DNA of 64,000 nucleotides from Candidatus Woesebacteria bacterium RIFCSPLOWO2_01_FULL_39_61 (lineage in GTDB: Bacteria; Patescibacteriota; Microgenomatia; UBA8517): the NCBI GenBank assembly GCA_001793155.1, contig MGHI01000040.1:3209-67208 (forward strand), written 5' to 3'. A program made the translations under genes and the position numbers. Each line of letters opens with the position of its first letter. The stretch's first letter is position 1. A model generated the notes under the pieces. The model did not search any database and was not told the DNA's origin. It saw only the letters and a list, made by a program, of their open reading frames with translations. Shown piece by piece: positions 20,557 to 30,472 of this stretch.

Positions 20557-21777
20557 TTATGCTTCTAGAAAAATATGACTTTTGCCTACTATCAAAAACA
20601 ACACCCCCAGTGTCAGTAGAGGGAAAGATAAATACGCCTGAAATCCTGTATAGGCAAGAATTGGTAGCGCATAGATAACAAACGCCAGAAAGTAGGCAAA
20701 TTTAAACCTCTTTTTCCTACCCCTAAATATCTTATTAAATATAATGTAGAAAGGAATTAAAAGGAGAACATAGTCAAAACTTAGGAAATGAACAGAAAAT
20801 ACTATCGAAAAGAGAATCGTCGAAACGAACAATGTCTCGTAGGTTAATTTACGAGACCGTATCGCAAAAAATATCAGCACCACAAAATATAAAAGAGTAT
20901 TTAGAAAGACCACAAATCTGCCGGATAGATTAGAAAATAAAAAACGGGTATTCGCATAGAAAGATCCCATATCTTGGAATCTGCTTCCATAGTTTGAATT
21001 CTCCGTTGTAAATAAAAACGCAGGATAGCGAAGAAACCACAAGGGATAGGACATGACTGAACTTACTAAGATTAAGAAGGCAAACATTGGAAAAAAACCG
21101 ATCAAAAATTGCTTTTTTTCTCTAACTAAAAAAAAGATAAAAGGTATCGCCGTAAGATATTGTGCCTTAATTATCAAAAGAGACGAAAATACACCGGCAA
21201 GAACATACTTTTTATCTTTTATGCTATTAAAGATAATCAAAAAGATGGTTGTAATTAGCACTGAAAGTTGTCCCATACATAGAGCTTGCAGTGCTGGAAT
21301 AAATACGATCACCAATAAAAATAAGTATTTAGACTTTGCGGAAATGTTTTCAAACACCCTTGTGAGTAGATAGTAAAAAAAGATAAGTAATAAAAAATTT
21401 CCTATGGAAAATATCGTGTAAGCAGTCTCCAGGGAAAGAAAGGTTAAAGGAAGATAGATAAGAAGCACAGCAGGAATTCCTCGGAAAGGCAAGACCCAGT
21501 CACCTATTTTCGGATCTATTACTGACGTTTGAAAAAAATATTGTGTTGGCAAATCATAAAGCAAGCTCCCCTTTCCTGCGGCAAGTATTTCAGCTCCAAC
21601 AAAATAACTGATAAAGTCTGCCGATTTTGAAAAATAACTCCTATTTACCAGAGTTGCCATAAATGTAGCTAAAAATATCGAAAGAAAAGAAGCGTGAACA
21701 ACAATTTTTTTTATAGTTTGTGATTTTTTAGTTTTCTTCATGTGAGCGGCTCCCAGGAAAGAGAAAAAACAGACCAA
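20557..21777 (-). CDS. Glycosyltransferase family 87-like protein
   Basis: 'ADFISYFVG', 'LYD', 'GQLS', 'IKAQY', 'FDYVLL'. Confidence 0.75.
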   Translation of the reverse strand: MVCFFSFLGAAHMKKTKKSQTIKKIVVHASFLSIFLATFMATLVNRSYFSKSADFISYFVGAEILAAGKGSLLYDLPTQYFFQTSVIDPKIGDWVLPFRGIPAVLLIYLPLTFLSLETAYTIFSIGNFLLLIFFYYLLTRVFENISAKSKYLFLLVIVFIPALQALCMGQLSVLITTIFLIIFNSIKDKKYVLAGVFSSLLIIKAQYLTAIPFIFFLVREKKQFLIGFFPMFAFLILVSSVMSYPLWFLRYPAFLFTTENSNYGSRFQDMGSFYANTRFLFSNLSGRFVVFLNTLLYFVVLIFFAIRSRKLTYETLFVSTILFSIVFSVHFLSFDYVLLLIPFYIIFNKIFRGRKKRFKFAYFLAFVIYALPILAYTGFQAYLSFPLLTLGVLFLIVGKSHIFLEA

Positions 21778-22909
21778 CCATCAAAAATGCGAATTGTAAA
21801 AAATAGGTTGTATTCAAAAAAATTATTGACGGTAGAAAAAATAAAAAAAAGACAATGATTTGGGAAACGTACTTTCTTTTCTCTTTTTTTAAAAAAACCA
21901 GATTTAAGATTATAAAAATCGGAATAAGAGTCACTGTTAAGTCATGGGCCAAAGTGTGCATTGAAAAAAATATTGAAAAAAGAACCGCTGAAATAAAGGA
22001 CTTTTCTCTATCCACTTCTTTATATCTATACCGAAAAATGACCAAAGCTAGTAAATAAAAGATTAAATTAGCTGCAATCAAGAATTCTCGCGGCATCTTA
22101 CTAATCATGTTTTGGGCTAATAAAAAACCATAAAATGTAAAAGACAAAGCCGCATTACTGCCAAGTTTCGGAATCTCGCTGCTTAAAACGAACTCGGGAT
22201 ACTTTTGTAAAGTTTGCCAGCCGGATATATACAAACTCACAGATAATATAAGAAGCATGGAAATAAAAAACCCCTTAAGATATGACTTTTTATCTTCAGA
22301 AAGGATAAACAAAAAGGGGAAAAGGGTTAGATATTGTATTTTCAGCAGAAAGAAAGAGGTAAAAAAACCAAGTAAAAACCATTTTTTCTTTTTTAATAAA
22401 AAATAAAGCGAAGCATATAAAAGTAATAAGATAACTGAAGTCTGCCCCATTCTTAGGGAAAGCAAAACAGGTAAAAAGACAATTGGAATTAAGCCGAGAA
22501 AAGGCTTACCTCTAACCAAATCCCTAAATTGAATCGATAACCAAACCGAGGTCAGCACAAGAATGATGTAGTTGGTGTATACAAAATACTTGTATGCCAT
22601 CAGTGGGTGCAAAAACGAAAACGGTAAAAAGATAATCACCGAAGCTGGAATTAACCTAAAACCGTTTCTATTCCTTACGTCCGTCCTTTCAATATACTTC
22701 TCCTGAATCTGATAGTTGAAACCTATATCATAAAGCTTCTCGCCTTTTCCGTCTTTTACGATTTTAGCTGCAACAAAATGATTAAGAAAATCACTTTCCA
22801 GCAACAAATTCTCCGTTGGTTTGAACAAGATAATTATGGGAATGCTGACTATAAAGAAATATAAGACCAATAGTACCAAATTAACGTTTTTATTTTTGAT
22901 AGTCTTCAT
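21728..22909 (-). CDS. Glycosyltransferase family 87-like protein
   Basis: 'SDFLNHFVA', 'LYD', 'GQTS', 'LKIQY', 'HDLTV'. Confidence 0.75.
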   Translation of the reverse strand: MKTIKNKNVNLVLLVLYFFIVSIPIIILFKPTENLLLESDFLNHFVAAKIVKDGKGEKLYDIGFNYQIQEKYIERTDVRNRNGFRLIPASVIIFLPFSFLHPLMAYKYFVYTNYIILVLTSVWLSIQFRDLVRGKPFLGLIPIVFLPVLLSLRMGQTSVILLLLYASLYFLLKKKKWFLLGFFTSFFLLKIQYLTLFPFLFILSEDKKSYLKGFFISMLLILSVSLYISGWQTLQKYPEFVLSSEIPKLGSNAALSFTFYGFLLAQNMISKMPREFLIAANLIFYLLALVIFRYRYKEVDREKSFISAVLFSIFFSMHTLAHDLTVTLIPIFIILNLVFLKKEKRKYVSQIIVFFLFFLPSIIFLNTTYFLQFAFLMVGLFFLFPGSRSHEEN

Positions 22910-22957
22910 TAAGGTTTTTAGTATCTATATTACGGATATCGGAATTATATAGGGCAT

Positions 22958-24190
22958 TTAAATGAAGTCTGATAAAAAGGTAATAAACAAATAAAGATTT
23001 GTATGGGCAACAACTAAAATAACGATTTTAAAGGCCTTCGAAAGGATTCTGTATTTTCTCCTGTAGCCAATTAAAAGAATCAAAAAAAGTAAAGGGAGAA
23101 AATCCAACGAATACCTATATCCAAACTGACGATATCCTACTCCGTAATAAAGAAGTATCGGCAATGCGATTATTAAAGCTGTGACCCACATAAGTTTCAA
23201 CAACCGATTTTTATACTTCAGTAAGAAAAGGTACAGAAAGTAAGGCGAGGTAAAAAAGATACTTACTCCCCAGGGATTGGCTTTTATATAAGGGTATGTT
23301 AATACGTGAGAAAGGCCATCCTTGAAAACCGGCGTGGGTGAACTTAACAAGAAGTAATATAAATTTCCAGGGAGATGAATAAGGTTAAAAATTCCGTATT
23401 CCCGAGCTTTAAGGGCCGAACCTTTAATTAACTGAAAATTATAACCCAGTTCAAAAATGTTTCTGAACCTAAGCTGGTTATAAAGAAATGCCAAAAAGAT
23501 AGCCAGGATAAAAGGTGAAATAATCTTAGTTAAATTCAAAAGTCTCGAGCGAAAGGTTGTATGCGTATTAAAATATATATCGGCGACAAAAAGTACTATT
23601 ATTAAGCTTGCAGGAGTTCTGGTCAGAAAAAGTAATCCGCTAATTACCCCTAAAACCCAATGGCGTTTTTTTGACAGAAACTCGTAAAGTCCAAGAAATA
23701 GTAAAAAGGTAGCCACAACTTGAGAGTAATACCAACTCCACGGCCAAAGGGCAACGCCCAGAAAAACTGAACTAAAACAAAAAGCAAAAGCCAAAAACAA
23801 CGAGTCATTTGAAGAGTATTTAATTTTCCTGCAAATCCGATAGATAAGATAAAAAACTCCAGCCACCAAAAAAAATTGTAGATACCCCTGCAGGAAAAAT
23901 TTTCCAAAAAGGCTAAATATATAAACGAAAGGTATTAAAATAATGGCCGGAAAAGGCTGAAGCGGCCAATAAAACTTACCCTCAAAGAGGGCGGTATCAT
24001 AAACTGCAACTTTTGTTTGTGTAAAATAAAGTTTACCTTGCAAAAAAGAGTACGCCAAATTAGAAAATTGTTGGTCTCCGGAGATAAAAAAGTTTAAGAG
24101 TCCGCAAATTAAAAAGAAGAAGATCATGCTCATAATCACAACCCTCTTCCCGAGTGGATAATTTTGGATTGGTTTTTTGAAATTTGCCAT
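22958..24190 (-). CDS. Multi-TM GT-C-like protein (paralog family A)
   Basis: 'SFLQGKLYF', 'GKFYWPLQPFPA', 'YNQLRF', 'QFGYRYSLDFLP'. Confidence 0.65.
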   Translation of the reverse strand: MANFKKPIQNYPLGKRVVIMSMIFFFLICGLLNFFISGDQQFSNLAYSFLQGKLYFTQTKVAVYDTALFEGKFYWPLQPFPAIILIPFVYIFSLFGKFFLQGYLQFFLVAGVFYLIYRICRKIKYSSNDSLFLAFAFCFSSVFLGVALWPWSWYYSQVVATFLLFLGLYEFLSKKRHWVLGVISGLLFLTRTPASLIIVLFVADIYFNTHTTFRSRLLNLTKIISPFILAIFLAFLYNQLRFRNIFELGYNFQLIKGSALKAREYGIFNLIHLPGNLYYFLLSSPTPVFKDGLSHVLTYPYIKANPWGVSIFFTSPYFLYLFLLKYKNRLLKLMWVTALIIALPILLYYGVGYRQFGYRYSLDFLPLLFLILLIGYRRKYRILSKAFKIVILVVAHTNLYLFITFLSDFI

Positions 24191-24196
24191 GTGTGA

Positions 24197-25708
24197 TCAT
24201 TTACCAGGATTTGCTACATATAAGTTTACCTCTTCGTGATCGTTAGAGGTCCCGGCAACGTTTTTAAGTCCAAATTTATTAGCGAAATTTGTCAAATACT
24301 CTTCTTTATACCAGCCGTCGAATTCGTTTTTGGAAACAATTAAAAACAAGGTGTTGTCTAAGGTTTCTTTATTTAATTTAGAGTGTCTTTTTATATCTTT
24401 TTCGGCAAGTATATTAAATCGCCGGGAGAGAAAAAAAGGCTGGAAATAGCGATCTGGCGACAGTTTATCAAAAGTAAAGTAAAGCTGGGGATAGTAAGTT
24501 ACAACCATCAAATATTCCTTGGAGTCCAGAAGGTCTTTGTGATTCGTTATAAAATTTTGAACCCGGGTAAGATCTGAGTCTCTATCTTCGCTAAAAAGAA
24601 AGTGGCGGTAACTACCCACCTCCGATATAAAAAGCAACAGTAAAACGGATGCTAGTAAGTGCGACATCCTGGTCTCTGGAATTATTTTCCTCCCCTGAAG
24701 AGCAGAATTTCCTCTGAAAGATAAAGCTATTATCAAGACCATAGCTATCGTGACAATCAAAGAGAATTGTACGAAATGGTGAAAATAAAATAACCCCCCT
24801 ACAAAAGTCGATGAGATCGAGGCGAAAAAGATTGCAAATATCAAAAACTTATACTCTATTAACTTATTATTTAGTAGACTGAAATAAAGGAGGGGAATAA
24901 CCAAGATTATGGATAAAAACAATCTCGTTTCAGAAGAGATGTTTAAAACTAGCTGTCTTAAATAATCGGTTTTTATCAAGCGAGAGTATCCCGAGTTAAA
25001 AACTAGTAAATTATCAATTAAGTAGTCCAGCCTGCCCCCCAAAACAACGTAAAATAAAATTACCGAGAGGAAAGATACTATAGACCCGACAAAAAATTTT
25101 AAAAATATAGCCAATTTCTCACCCTTACTTAAAAACCAGACCAAGGGAACAATTCCCCAAAAAATAGTCGTCGGTCTGGTAAGTATTGCCAAAGAGTAAA
25201 GAATTCCAGCAAAAAAGACTTTTTTTCTTTCTACTAACAAAAGCGATGAAAGTATAAAGAAAAAAGCCACGGTTTCGGAGTATACGCCTCCTGTAAATGT
25301 CCCTATCGAGTAACTTTTGATAAGAAGGGTAATAAAAAAAGAAAGAAATATTCCCCACTTACCTGATAGTAAGTTTTGCACCTTAAACCAACTGGTTGCA
25401 ATCTTAATTGAAAAGAAGGACAAAAAAGTATCCAGGATGGTACTTGTCACAATTAATGCAAGTTTGTAGTTATTTTTAAAAAAGAGATATAAAACCGAGA
25501 AGAAAAAGTAAAGTACAGGGCCTTTATTATCGGCAAAATCTACATACATGTCTTTCCCTTGGGCAACGCCACGACCGATATAATAAAAGGAAAAAAAGTC
25601 AGGATCAATATTTCCCCAAAGAAAGCTTAAGGATACCAAAAAACTAGTTATAATAATTACCAAGAAAAGGTGCTTTTCCTTAATTTTTAAATTTCGATTA
25701 ACCTGCAT
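24197..25708 (-). CDS. ArnT/PMT-like (GT39/GT83) glycosyltransferase
   Basis: 'DPDFFSFYYIG', 'YVDFADNKGP', 'YSE', 'TRP', 'FHHF'. Confidence 0.7.
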   Translation of the reverse strand: MQVNRNLKIKEKHLFLVIIITSFLVSLSFLWGNIDPDFFSFYYIGRGVAQGKDMYVDFADNKGPVLYFFFSVLYLFFKNNYKLALIVTSTILDTFLSFFSIKIATSWFKVQNLLSGKWGIFLSFFITLLIKSYSIGTFTGGVYSETVAFFFILSSLLLVERKKVFFAGILYSLAILTRPTTIFWGIVPLVWFLSKGEKLAIFLKFFVGSIVSFLSVILFYVVLGGRLDYLIDNLLVFNSGYSRLIKTDYLRQLVLNISSETRLFLSIILVIPLLYFSLLNNKLIEYKFLIFAIFFASISSTFVGGLFYFHHFVQFSLIVTIAMVLIIALSFRGNSALQGRKIIPETRMSHLLASVLLLLFISEVGSYRHFLFSEDRDSDLTRVQNFITNHKDLLDSKEYLMVVTYYPQLYFTFDKLSPDRYFQPFFLSRRFNILAEKDIKRHSKLNKETLDNTLFLIVSKNEFDGWYKEEYLTNFANKFGLKNVAGTSNDHEEVNLYVANPGK

Positions 25709-25727
25709 GGTAAATGCTCCCGGAAAC

Positions 25728-26453
25728 TTAAAAGGGGGGAAATAAACTTAAAAGCGTAGATAATCCATACTTAACACTTCTTGTAAAACTAATAGAAGAC
25801 GCTTCATTAAAATAACGAACCGGAACGGGAGTTTCTCCAACCCGAAAACCACGCCTGATTGCCGAAATTAGTATTTGTTGATCAAATACAAAGTCGTCAG
25901 AAAATTTGTGAAACGGCACCCTTTTAAGCACCTTTTGGTGAAAGGCGCGAAAACCGGTATGATATTCTGATAAATTCTGACCAAGGATGATATTTTCCAC
26001 AATAGTTAATAGCCTATTTCCCAAATATTTATAGAGGGGCATCCCGCCGGCCAACGACTCTTTTCTGGTTCTAATTCTTGAACCCAACATTAGGTCAAAA
26101 CGTCCTTCAATAATCGGTTTTACCAATTCTTCAACCAAACTGCTGTCGTATTGATAATCCGGATGAATCATCACAACAATATCGGCTCCCTCGTTTAAAG
26201 CCAACGTATAACAGCTTTTTTGATTTCCGCCATAACCCCTGTTCTGGGGGTGAACAAAGGTCTTAATACGAAGGCGTTTGGCAATTTCTACGGTTTTATC
26301 GTGACTTCCGTCATCAACCAGTATTATTTTATTAACAATTTTTTTGGGTATATCCTCGTAAGTCTTTTTTAAAGTTTTTTCCGCATTGTAAGCCGGCATC
26401 ACTACTACTATTTTCTCAAAATTGATTCTTTTTCTCTTAGATGTGCTTTTCAT
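25728..26453 (-). CDS. GT2 polyprenol-phosphate sugar synthase (DPM1-like)
   Basis: 'VVMPAYNAE', 'VDDGSHD', 'NRGYGGNQK', 'HPDYQY', 'GSR', 'HTGFRA'. Confidence 0.92.
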   Translation of the reverse strand: MKSTSKRKRINFEKIVVVMPAYNAEKTLKKTYEDIPKKIVNKIILVDDGSHDKTVEIAKRLRIKTFVHPQNRGYGGNQKSCYTLALNEGADIVVMIHPDYQYDSSLVEELVKPIIEGRFDLMLGSRIRTRKESLAGGMPLYKYLGNRLLTIVENIILGQNLSEYHTGFRAFHQKVLKRVPFHKFSDDFVFDQQILISAIRRGFRVGETPVPVRYFNEASSISFTRSVKYGLSTLLSLFPPF

Positions 26454-26460
26454 AAATTTA

Positions 26461-27750
26461 TTAATTCATAAAGTAGGCTGTTATAAAAAAATATAAATTC
26501 GTCAGCGACGAAACAAAAATTAACAACTTAAACCCATCGGAAAGTTTACCGAACGTATTCTTATAATTTTTAATAAGTAGGAAAAAAAGAAGCGGCAGAA
26601 AATCAAGAGCATAACGATATCCGAACTGGCGAGAACCTATCGCGTAATATAGAAATATTGAAAACGCGATTACGGATATTGTTAGCATGAGAATTTTGGA
26701 CAACTTGTCTTTATACGAAAGTAAAAATAAGTAGCCAAAGATTGGCGACGTAACAAAAATACTCATCCCCCACGGGTCTGCCTTTACAAAAGGGAAAGTC
26801 AAAACGTGAGAAATTTCATCTTTGAAAACTGGAAGCGGCGTTGCTAAGAGAAAATAATATAAGTTTCCTGGAATGTGATAAAGACTTAGCACTCCATAGT
26901 CGCGAGCCTTGGTTGAACCCGCCAAATTAATGGCGTTAGTATAACCAAATTCAAAAACGTTCTGAAACCGTATCCAGTTATAGGCGAAAAAGAGTATAAA
27001 AGCTAGGATAACTGGGGTACATAATAAAAAAACCTTTTTCGTTTTCTCAATCCAGCCCTCTCCCTTATTTGTAAGAATGCTCATTAAAGGAAACACAAGA
27101 ATTCCTACAGATGACGCCCTGGTTAATAAAAGCAGTCCCACAAATAAACCCAACAAAACTTCTGGCACCTTGTTCAACGAGTTATGACGTCCTCCCCACC
27201 TTGAAAGGCGGGGTATCCCTAAGGAGGACGACATATCGGCGTTCAATTCATCCCCGCCCTGAAGGGTGGGGTTTTCTTGAATGCCGTTATAAATAAGAAG
27301 GAATATAAGTAGTGTTACTAGTGTATGGGCAATAAAACCTGGCCACAAAGCACTACCCAAGAATACCGTTGAGAAGCAAAAAGCAAAAGCTAAAAACAAA
27401 GAATCCTCATGTTCGTATTTAACTTTTCTTGCAACCTTATAGCAAAGATAAAAAACTAAAATCACCAATAACGGCTGAATATAGCCGTGATATATACGAA
27501 CCCCCAACAAATGAGAAACCAGCACAAAGGGTAATAAAAATACAGCCGGAAAAGGGCCGTGAGGAGAATAGTAGTTTCCTCTATCGGGGGTTGTGTCTAA
27601 CCAACTTCCATCAGGCTGGGTTAAAAAATAAGTCTTTCCGGACCAAAAAGATTCAGCCAAACGGGTGAAGTATTCACCCTTGAGAGTAAAATTAAATGCG
27701 ACAACGACTGAAAAAAACAAGATAATAGAAACCTTCAAAATTCTGGTCAT
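26461..27750 (-). CDS. Multi-TM GT-C-like protein (paralog family A) carrying an in-frame 35-aa MITE-derived insert
   Basis: Start refined to MTRILK; 'SFWSGKTYF', 'GPFPA', 'YNWIRF', 'QFGYRYALDFLP'; insert NGIQENP...WGGRH is absent from the paralogs. Confidence 0.7.
   Translation of the reverse strand: MTRILKVSIILFFSVVVAFNFTLKGEYFTRLAESFWSGKTYFLTQPDGSWLDTTPDRGNYYSPHGPFPAVFLLPFVLVSHLLGVRIYHGYIQPLLVILVFYLCYKVARKVKYEHEDSLFLAFAFCFSTVFLGSALWPGFIAHTLVTLLIFLLIYNGIQENPTLQGGDELNADMSSSLGIPRLSRWGGRHNSLNKVPEVLLGLFVGLLLLTRASSVGILVFPLMSILTNKGEGWIEKTKKVFLLCTPVILAFILFFAYNWIRFQNVFEFGYTNAINLAGSTKARDYGVLSLYHIPGNLYYFLLATPLPVFKDEISHVLTFPFVKADPWGMSIFVTSPIFGYLFLLSYKDKLSKILMLTISVIAFSIFLYYAIGSRQFGYRYALDFLPLLFFLLIKNYKNTFGKLSDGFKLLIFVSSLTNLYFFITAYFMN
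27186..27290. mobile_element. 105-bp palindromic MITE, copy 2, inserted in frame in a CDS
   Basis: GACGTCCTCCCCACCTTGAAAGGCGGGG...TTCATCCCCGCCCTGAAGGGTGGGGTTTTCTTGAATGCCGTTAT; preceded by GTTAT at 27181. Confidence 0.85.
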
Positions 27751-27811
27751 TTTTTCAAATAATAATAACAAAAATAATCTCTGATAAAAAATTTCCCCGG
27801 AGACACCCCCA

Positions 27812-27907
27812 CAACACCCTTCCTTCATTATCGGGCGGGGCCTTAAGAGGGAGGCATAAATATTTATCTACCGAGTCAGTGTCGAAAGTTTTCTTGAATG
27901 CTTCTAT
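27812..27907. mobile_element. Degenerate copy 3 of the 105-bp MITE
   Basis: Shares the exact GTTTTCTTGAATGC (27888-27901) and a decayed hairpin; boundaries approximate. Confidence 0.5.
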
Positions 27908-29106
27908 AAAAATACACTAAGAAAAAGGTAAAAATTAAAAAGCGAACTAAGCAATATCACAAATTTTATTTTTATTGATAGTTGTCGAGGCTTAATCGAG
28001 TATAAAAGGAGAAGAAATAAAAAGGGCAAAACATCGATCATGTATCTCGGTCCGACCTGTGTCCATCCTGGTGAATAATACGTAAAGAGAATTGTAACTA
28101 TTATCAAAATTGTCAAAAGCGATAGCCTAACTATCCTTTTTTTAAAATTAGCTCTAAAGACACTAAGGAATATTGGAGAAACTACAAAGAAACTTGTCCC
28201 GGGCTCAACTACTTTCAGAAAGGGTAATTTAGGGATTAATTTCGATATTAGAATGTTTCTATTTTCTACAAAACTAACTTCAAAGGTTTTAATAAAATAG
28301 TAGTAGAAGTTCATTGGAATATTACTAAAGGCAAATAAACTATTTCCAGTTGGAAAACTTGTAACTTTCGTATAGCCGCTGTCTAAAAAATTTCCGAACC
28401 GTAAGTAGTTATAAATCATAAGTACAAAAACCATCAATACATACGGGGTAGAAAGGCTTGCCAACTTAGCAAATTTTTCTCTTAACCTATATTTAGGGTT
28501 AAGAAAAATTTCAAATATGAAAAACATTATCGTCAAACCGGTAATAAATCTGGAAGCAAGGGCTAAAGCAGAAAAAAATCCAATAACAAAATACCTCTTC
28601 TTCCCTAAAAATTCATAAATTGCTAATAGGACAAAAAAAACACCCACAGATTGAGACAAATAAGAGCTTATTGGAATAACAGATATACTCTGATAGACGG
28701 AAGCCAGACAAAAAGCATAAGCAAGGTATAAAGAGTCCTTAGTATTATATTTGAAAGATTTGGATATGCGAAAACAAATGAAAAGAGCACCCAAGAAAAC
28801 AAAAACATGAAGAAGGCTTTGATAAAAAGGAGCTTTAAATAAGTCAGAAATAAAAACAAAAGGAATAAGTAAAATCGCAGGCGTCGGACCCTGATGAAGA
28901 TAGTATTTCCCGTCGTAGAGTACGTAGTCTTCCTGAATCGATGTGTGTACTAAATATAATCTTTTATTGATAAATGACCTGGCCAATTCGGTGTAACCTG
29001 AAAAGTCTCCGATAACGTTAATATATAAATTAAATATTAATATAAGAGAGGTAAAAATAATTAGAAAAATCAATATCAATTTTGATGAATAATGTCTATG
29101 CTCCAT
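27904..29106 (-). CDS. Multi-TM GT-C-like protein (paralog family A)
   Basis: 'GKYYLHQGPTPA', 'YNYLRFG', 'QVGPRYMIDVLP'. Confidence 0.65.
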   Translation of the reverse strand: MEHRHYSSKLILIFLIIFTSLILIFNLYINVIGDFSGYTELARSFINKRLYLVHTSIQEDYVLYDGKYYLHQGPTPAILLIPFVFISDLFKAPFYQSLLHVFVFLGALFICFRISKSFKYNTKDSLYLAYAFCLASVYQSISVIPISSYLSQSVGVFFVLLAIYEFLGKKRYFVIGFFSALALASRFITGLTIMFFIFEIFLNPKYRLREKFAKLASLSTPYVLMVFVLMIYNYLRFGNFLDSGYTKVTSFPTGNSLFAFSNIPMNFYYYFIKTFEVSFVENRNILISKLIPKLPFLKVVEPGTSFFVVSPIFLSVFRANFKKRIVRLSLLTILIIVTILFTYYSPGWTQVGPRYMIDVLPFLFLLLLYSIKPRQLSIKIKFVILLSSLFNFYLFLSVFL

Positions 29107-29130
29107 ATTATCAGTATTAAAATGTTTCTC

Positions 29131-30351
29131 TTAAACAAACATTTGTGCATTTCCAATCATACGCGCTATAAATAAATACAAATTAAACAAGGAGCTAAAA
29201 ATTATTAATGTCTTTGCAAATGTGGAAACATTTTGTTTTCTAAATGAAAATAAAAGCATAATAAATGCAAAGGGTAATAAATCAAGCAGATAACGAGGCC
29301 CCAACTGATAGTCTTCCCCTGAATAATAAAAAAGTAGTAAAGCCAAAAGTATGATTATCGAAGCTAGCAAAGATGATTTCACAAGTTTATTTTTTATCTT
29401 TACCTTTAAGAGATAAAAAAATACCGGAGATACTACAAAAAAGCTGGTACTGGGATAGGCAACAAGGTGGGGTATATTAAGTGTTATACCACCAAGTACT
29501 ACTTGCTTATTATTGAGAATATAAACCTGTAAGCCTTTTAAAAAATAGGTATAAAAATTATTGCGAAGATACCTGATTCCGAAAAGCGGGTCTCCTACCG
29601 GAAGAGTTGGATTATTTATTAAATAACCAGTCTCAAAAAAACTCTCGAATCTGACAAAATTATAAATTAGCAAAAGCACACCCGCAAATCCGATTGGAAG
29701 TAATAGATAAAACAAATCCCTAATTTTATTTTTCAGTGAAGATTTACTATATAAGATATCGAAGACAAAAAAGGCTAAACCTAAAATCGTAAATGCCCTA
29801 GTTGCCAAAACCAAAGATAATAAAACACCTGTAAGAAAATGTTTTCTGTAAAAAAGATATATATAGATTGCCAAAAGCATAAAAAAGACGCTTATTTCTT
29901 GGCCAAAGAACCAGCTAACTGAAAAAAAGGCTATAAACTGGAAAACCGAAGCAAAACAAAATGCGTAAGCGAGGTATCTAGAATTTTCGCCCCCGAATTT
30001 AAAATACCGCGCGATTTTATAACAAAGTATAAAAATTCCCAAGCTTATAAAAAACTGCAAATATCCTTGCTTGAAGTTAAGTCCAACGATATCAAAGACG
30101 AATACGAAAGGCATCAAGATAACTGCAGGCAGAGGTCCTTGATGCCAATAGTGCTTTGAATCATATAAAACCAAATCCATCTCCTTATAGCCATCTGGAA
30201 AATACAATTTGCCTTCCAAAAAGGATTGCGAAAGAGCTAAATACTGATCGTTGATGTTTATTTTCAAATTTAAAGCGAAGACTAAACTAAAAAAAACGAC
30301 CAAAAAAATATCTACAATTATTTCAGGAAAGTGAATTTTAGCTAAGCGCAT
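29131..30351 (-). CDS. Multi-TM GT-C-like protein (paralog family A)
   Basis: 'SFLEGKLYF', 'YWHQGPLPA', 'YNFVRF', 'QLGPRYLLDLLP'. Confidence 0.65.
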   Translation of the reverse strand: MRLAKIHFPEIIVDIFLVVFFSLVFALNLKININDQYLALSQSFLEGKLYFPDGYKEMDLVLYDSKHYWHQGPLPAVILMPFVFVFDIVGLNFKQGYLQFFISLGIFILCYKIARYFKFGGENSRYLAYAFCFASVFQFIAFFSVSWFFGQEISVFFMLLAIYIYLFYRKHFLTGVLLSLVLATRAFTILGLAFFVFDILYSKSSLKNKIRDLFYLLLPIGFAGVLLLIYNFVRFESFFETGYLINNPTLPVGDPLFGIRYLRNNFYTYFLKGLQVYILNNKQVVLGGITLNIPHLVAYPSTSFFVVSPVFFYLLKVKIKNKLVKSSLLASIIILLALLLFYYSGEDYQLGPRYLLDLLPFAFIMLLFSFRKQNVSTFAKTLIIFSSLFNLYLFIARMIGNAQMFV

Positions 30352-30427
30352 AATTTATTTTAGTAAATATTCTTTTAAATATACTGGAAGAATTAAACTT
30401 ACTGAAGATAGAGCAACCCAACGAAGG

Positions 30428-30472
30428 CGGGCTAAGTGGGACGAGTTTCGTACTAGTTTTCTAAATATTTGA
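30428..30472 (+). other. Orphan recombinase C-terminal tail / attP-like half-site 1 (RAKWDEFRTSFLNI*)
   Basis: G-CGG core aligns with the recombinase/tRNA junction; TTCGTAC at 30447. Confidence 0.55.

Noticed and set aside
27751-27828. N-terminal extension MKEGCCGG... of the 26461 ORF
   Set aside because: It begins in the degenerate MITE; paralog alignment favours the start at 27750.
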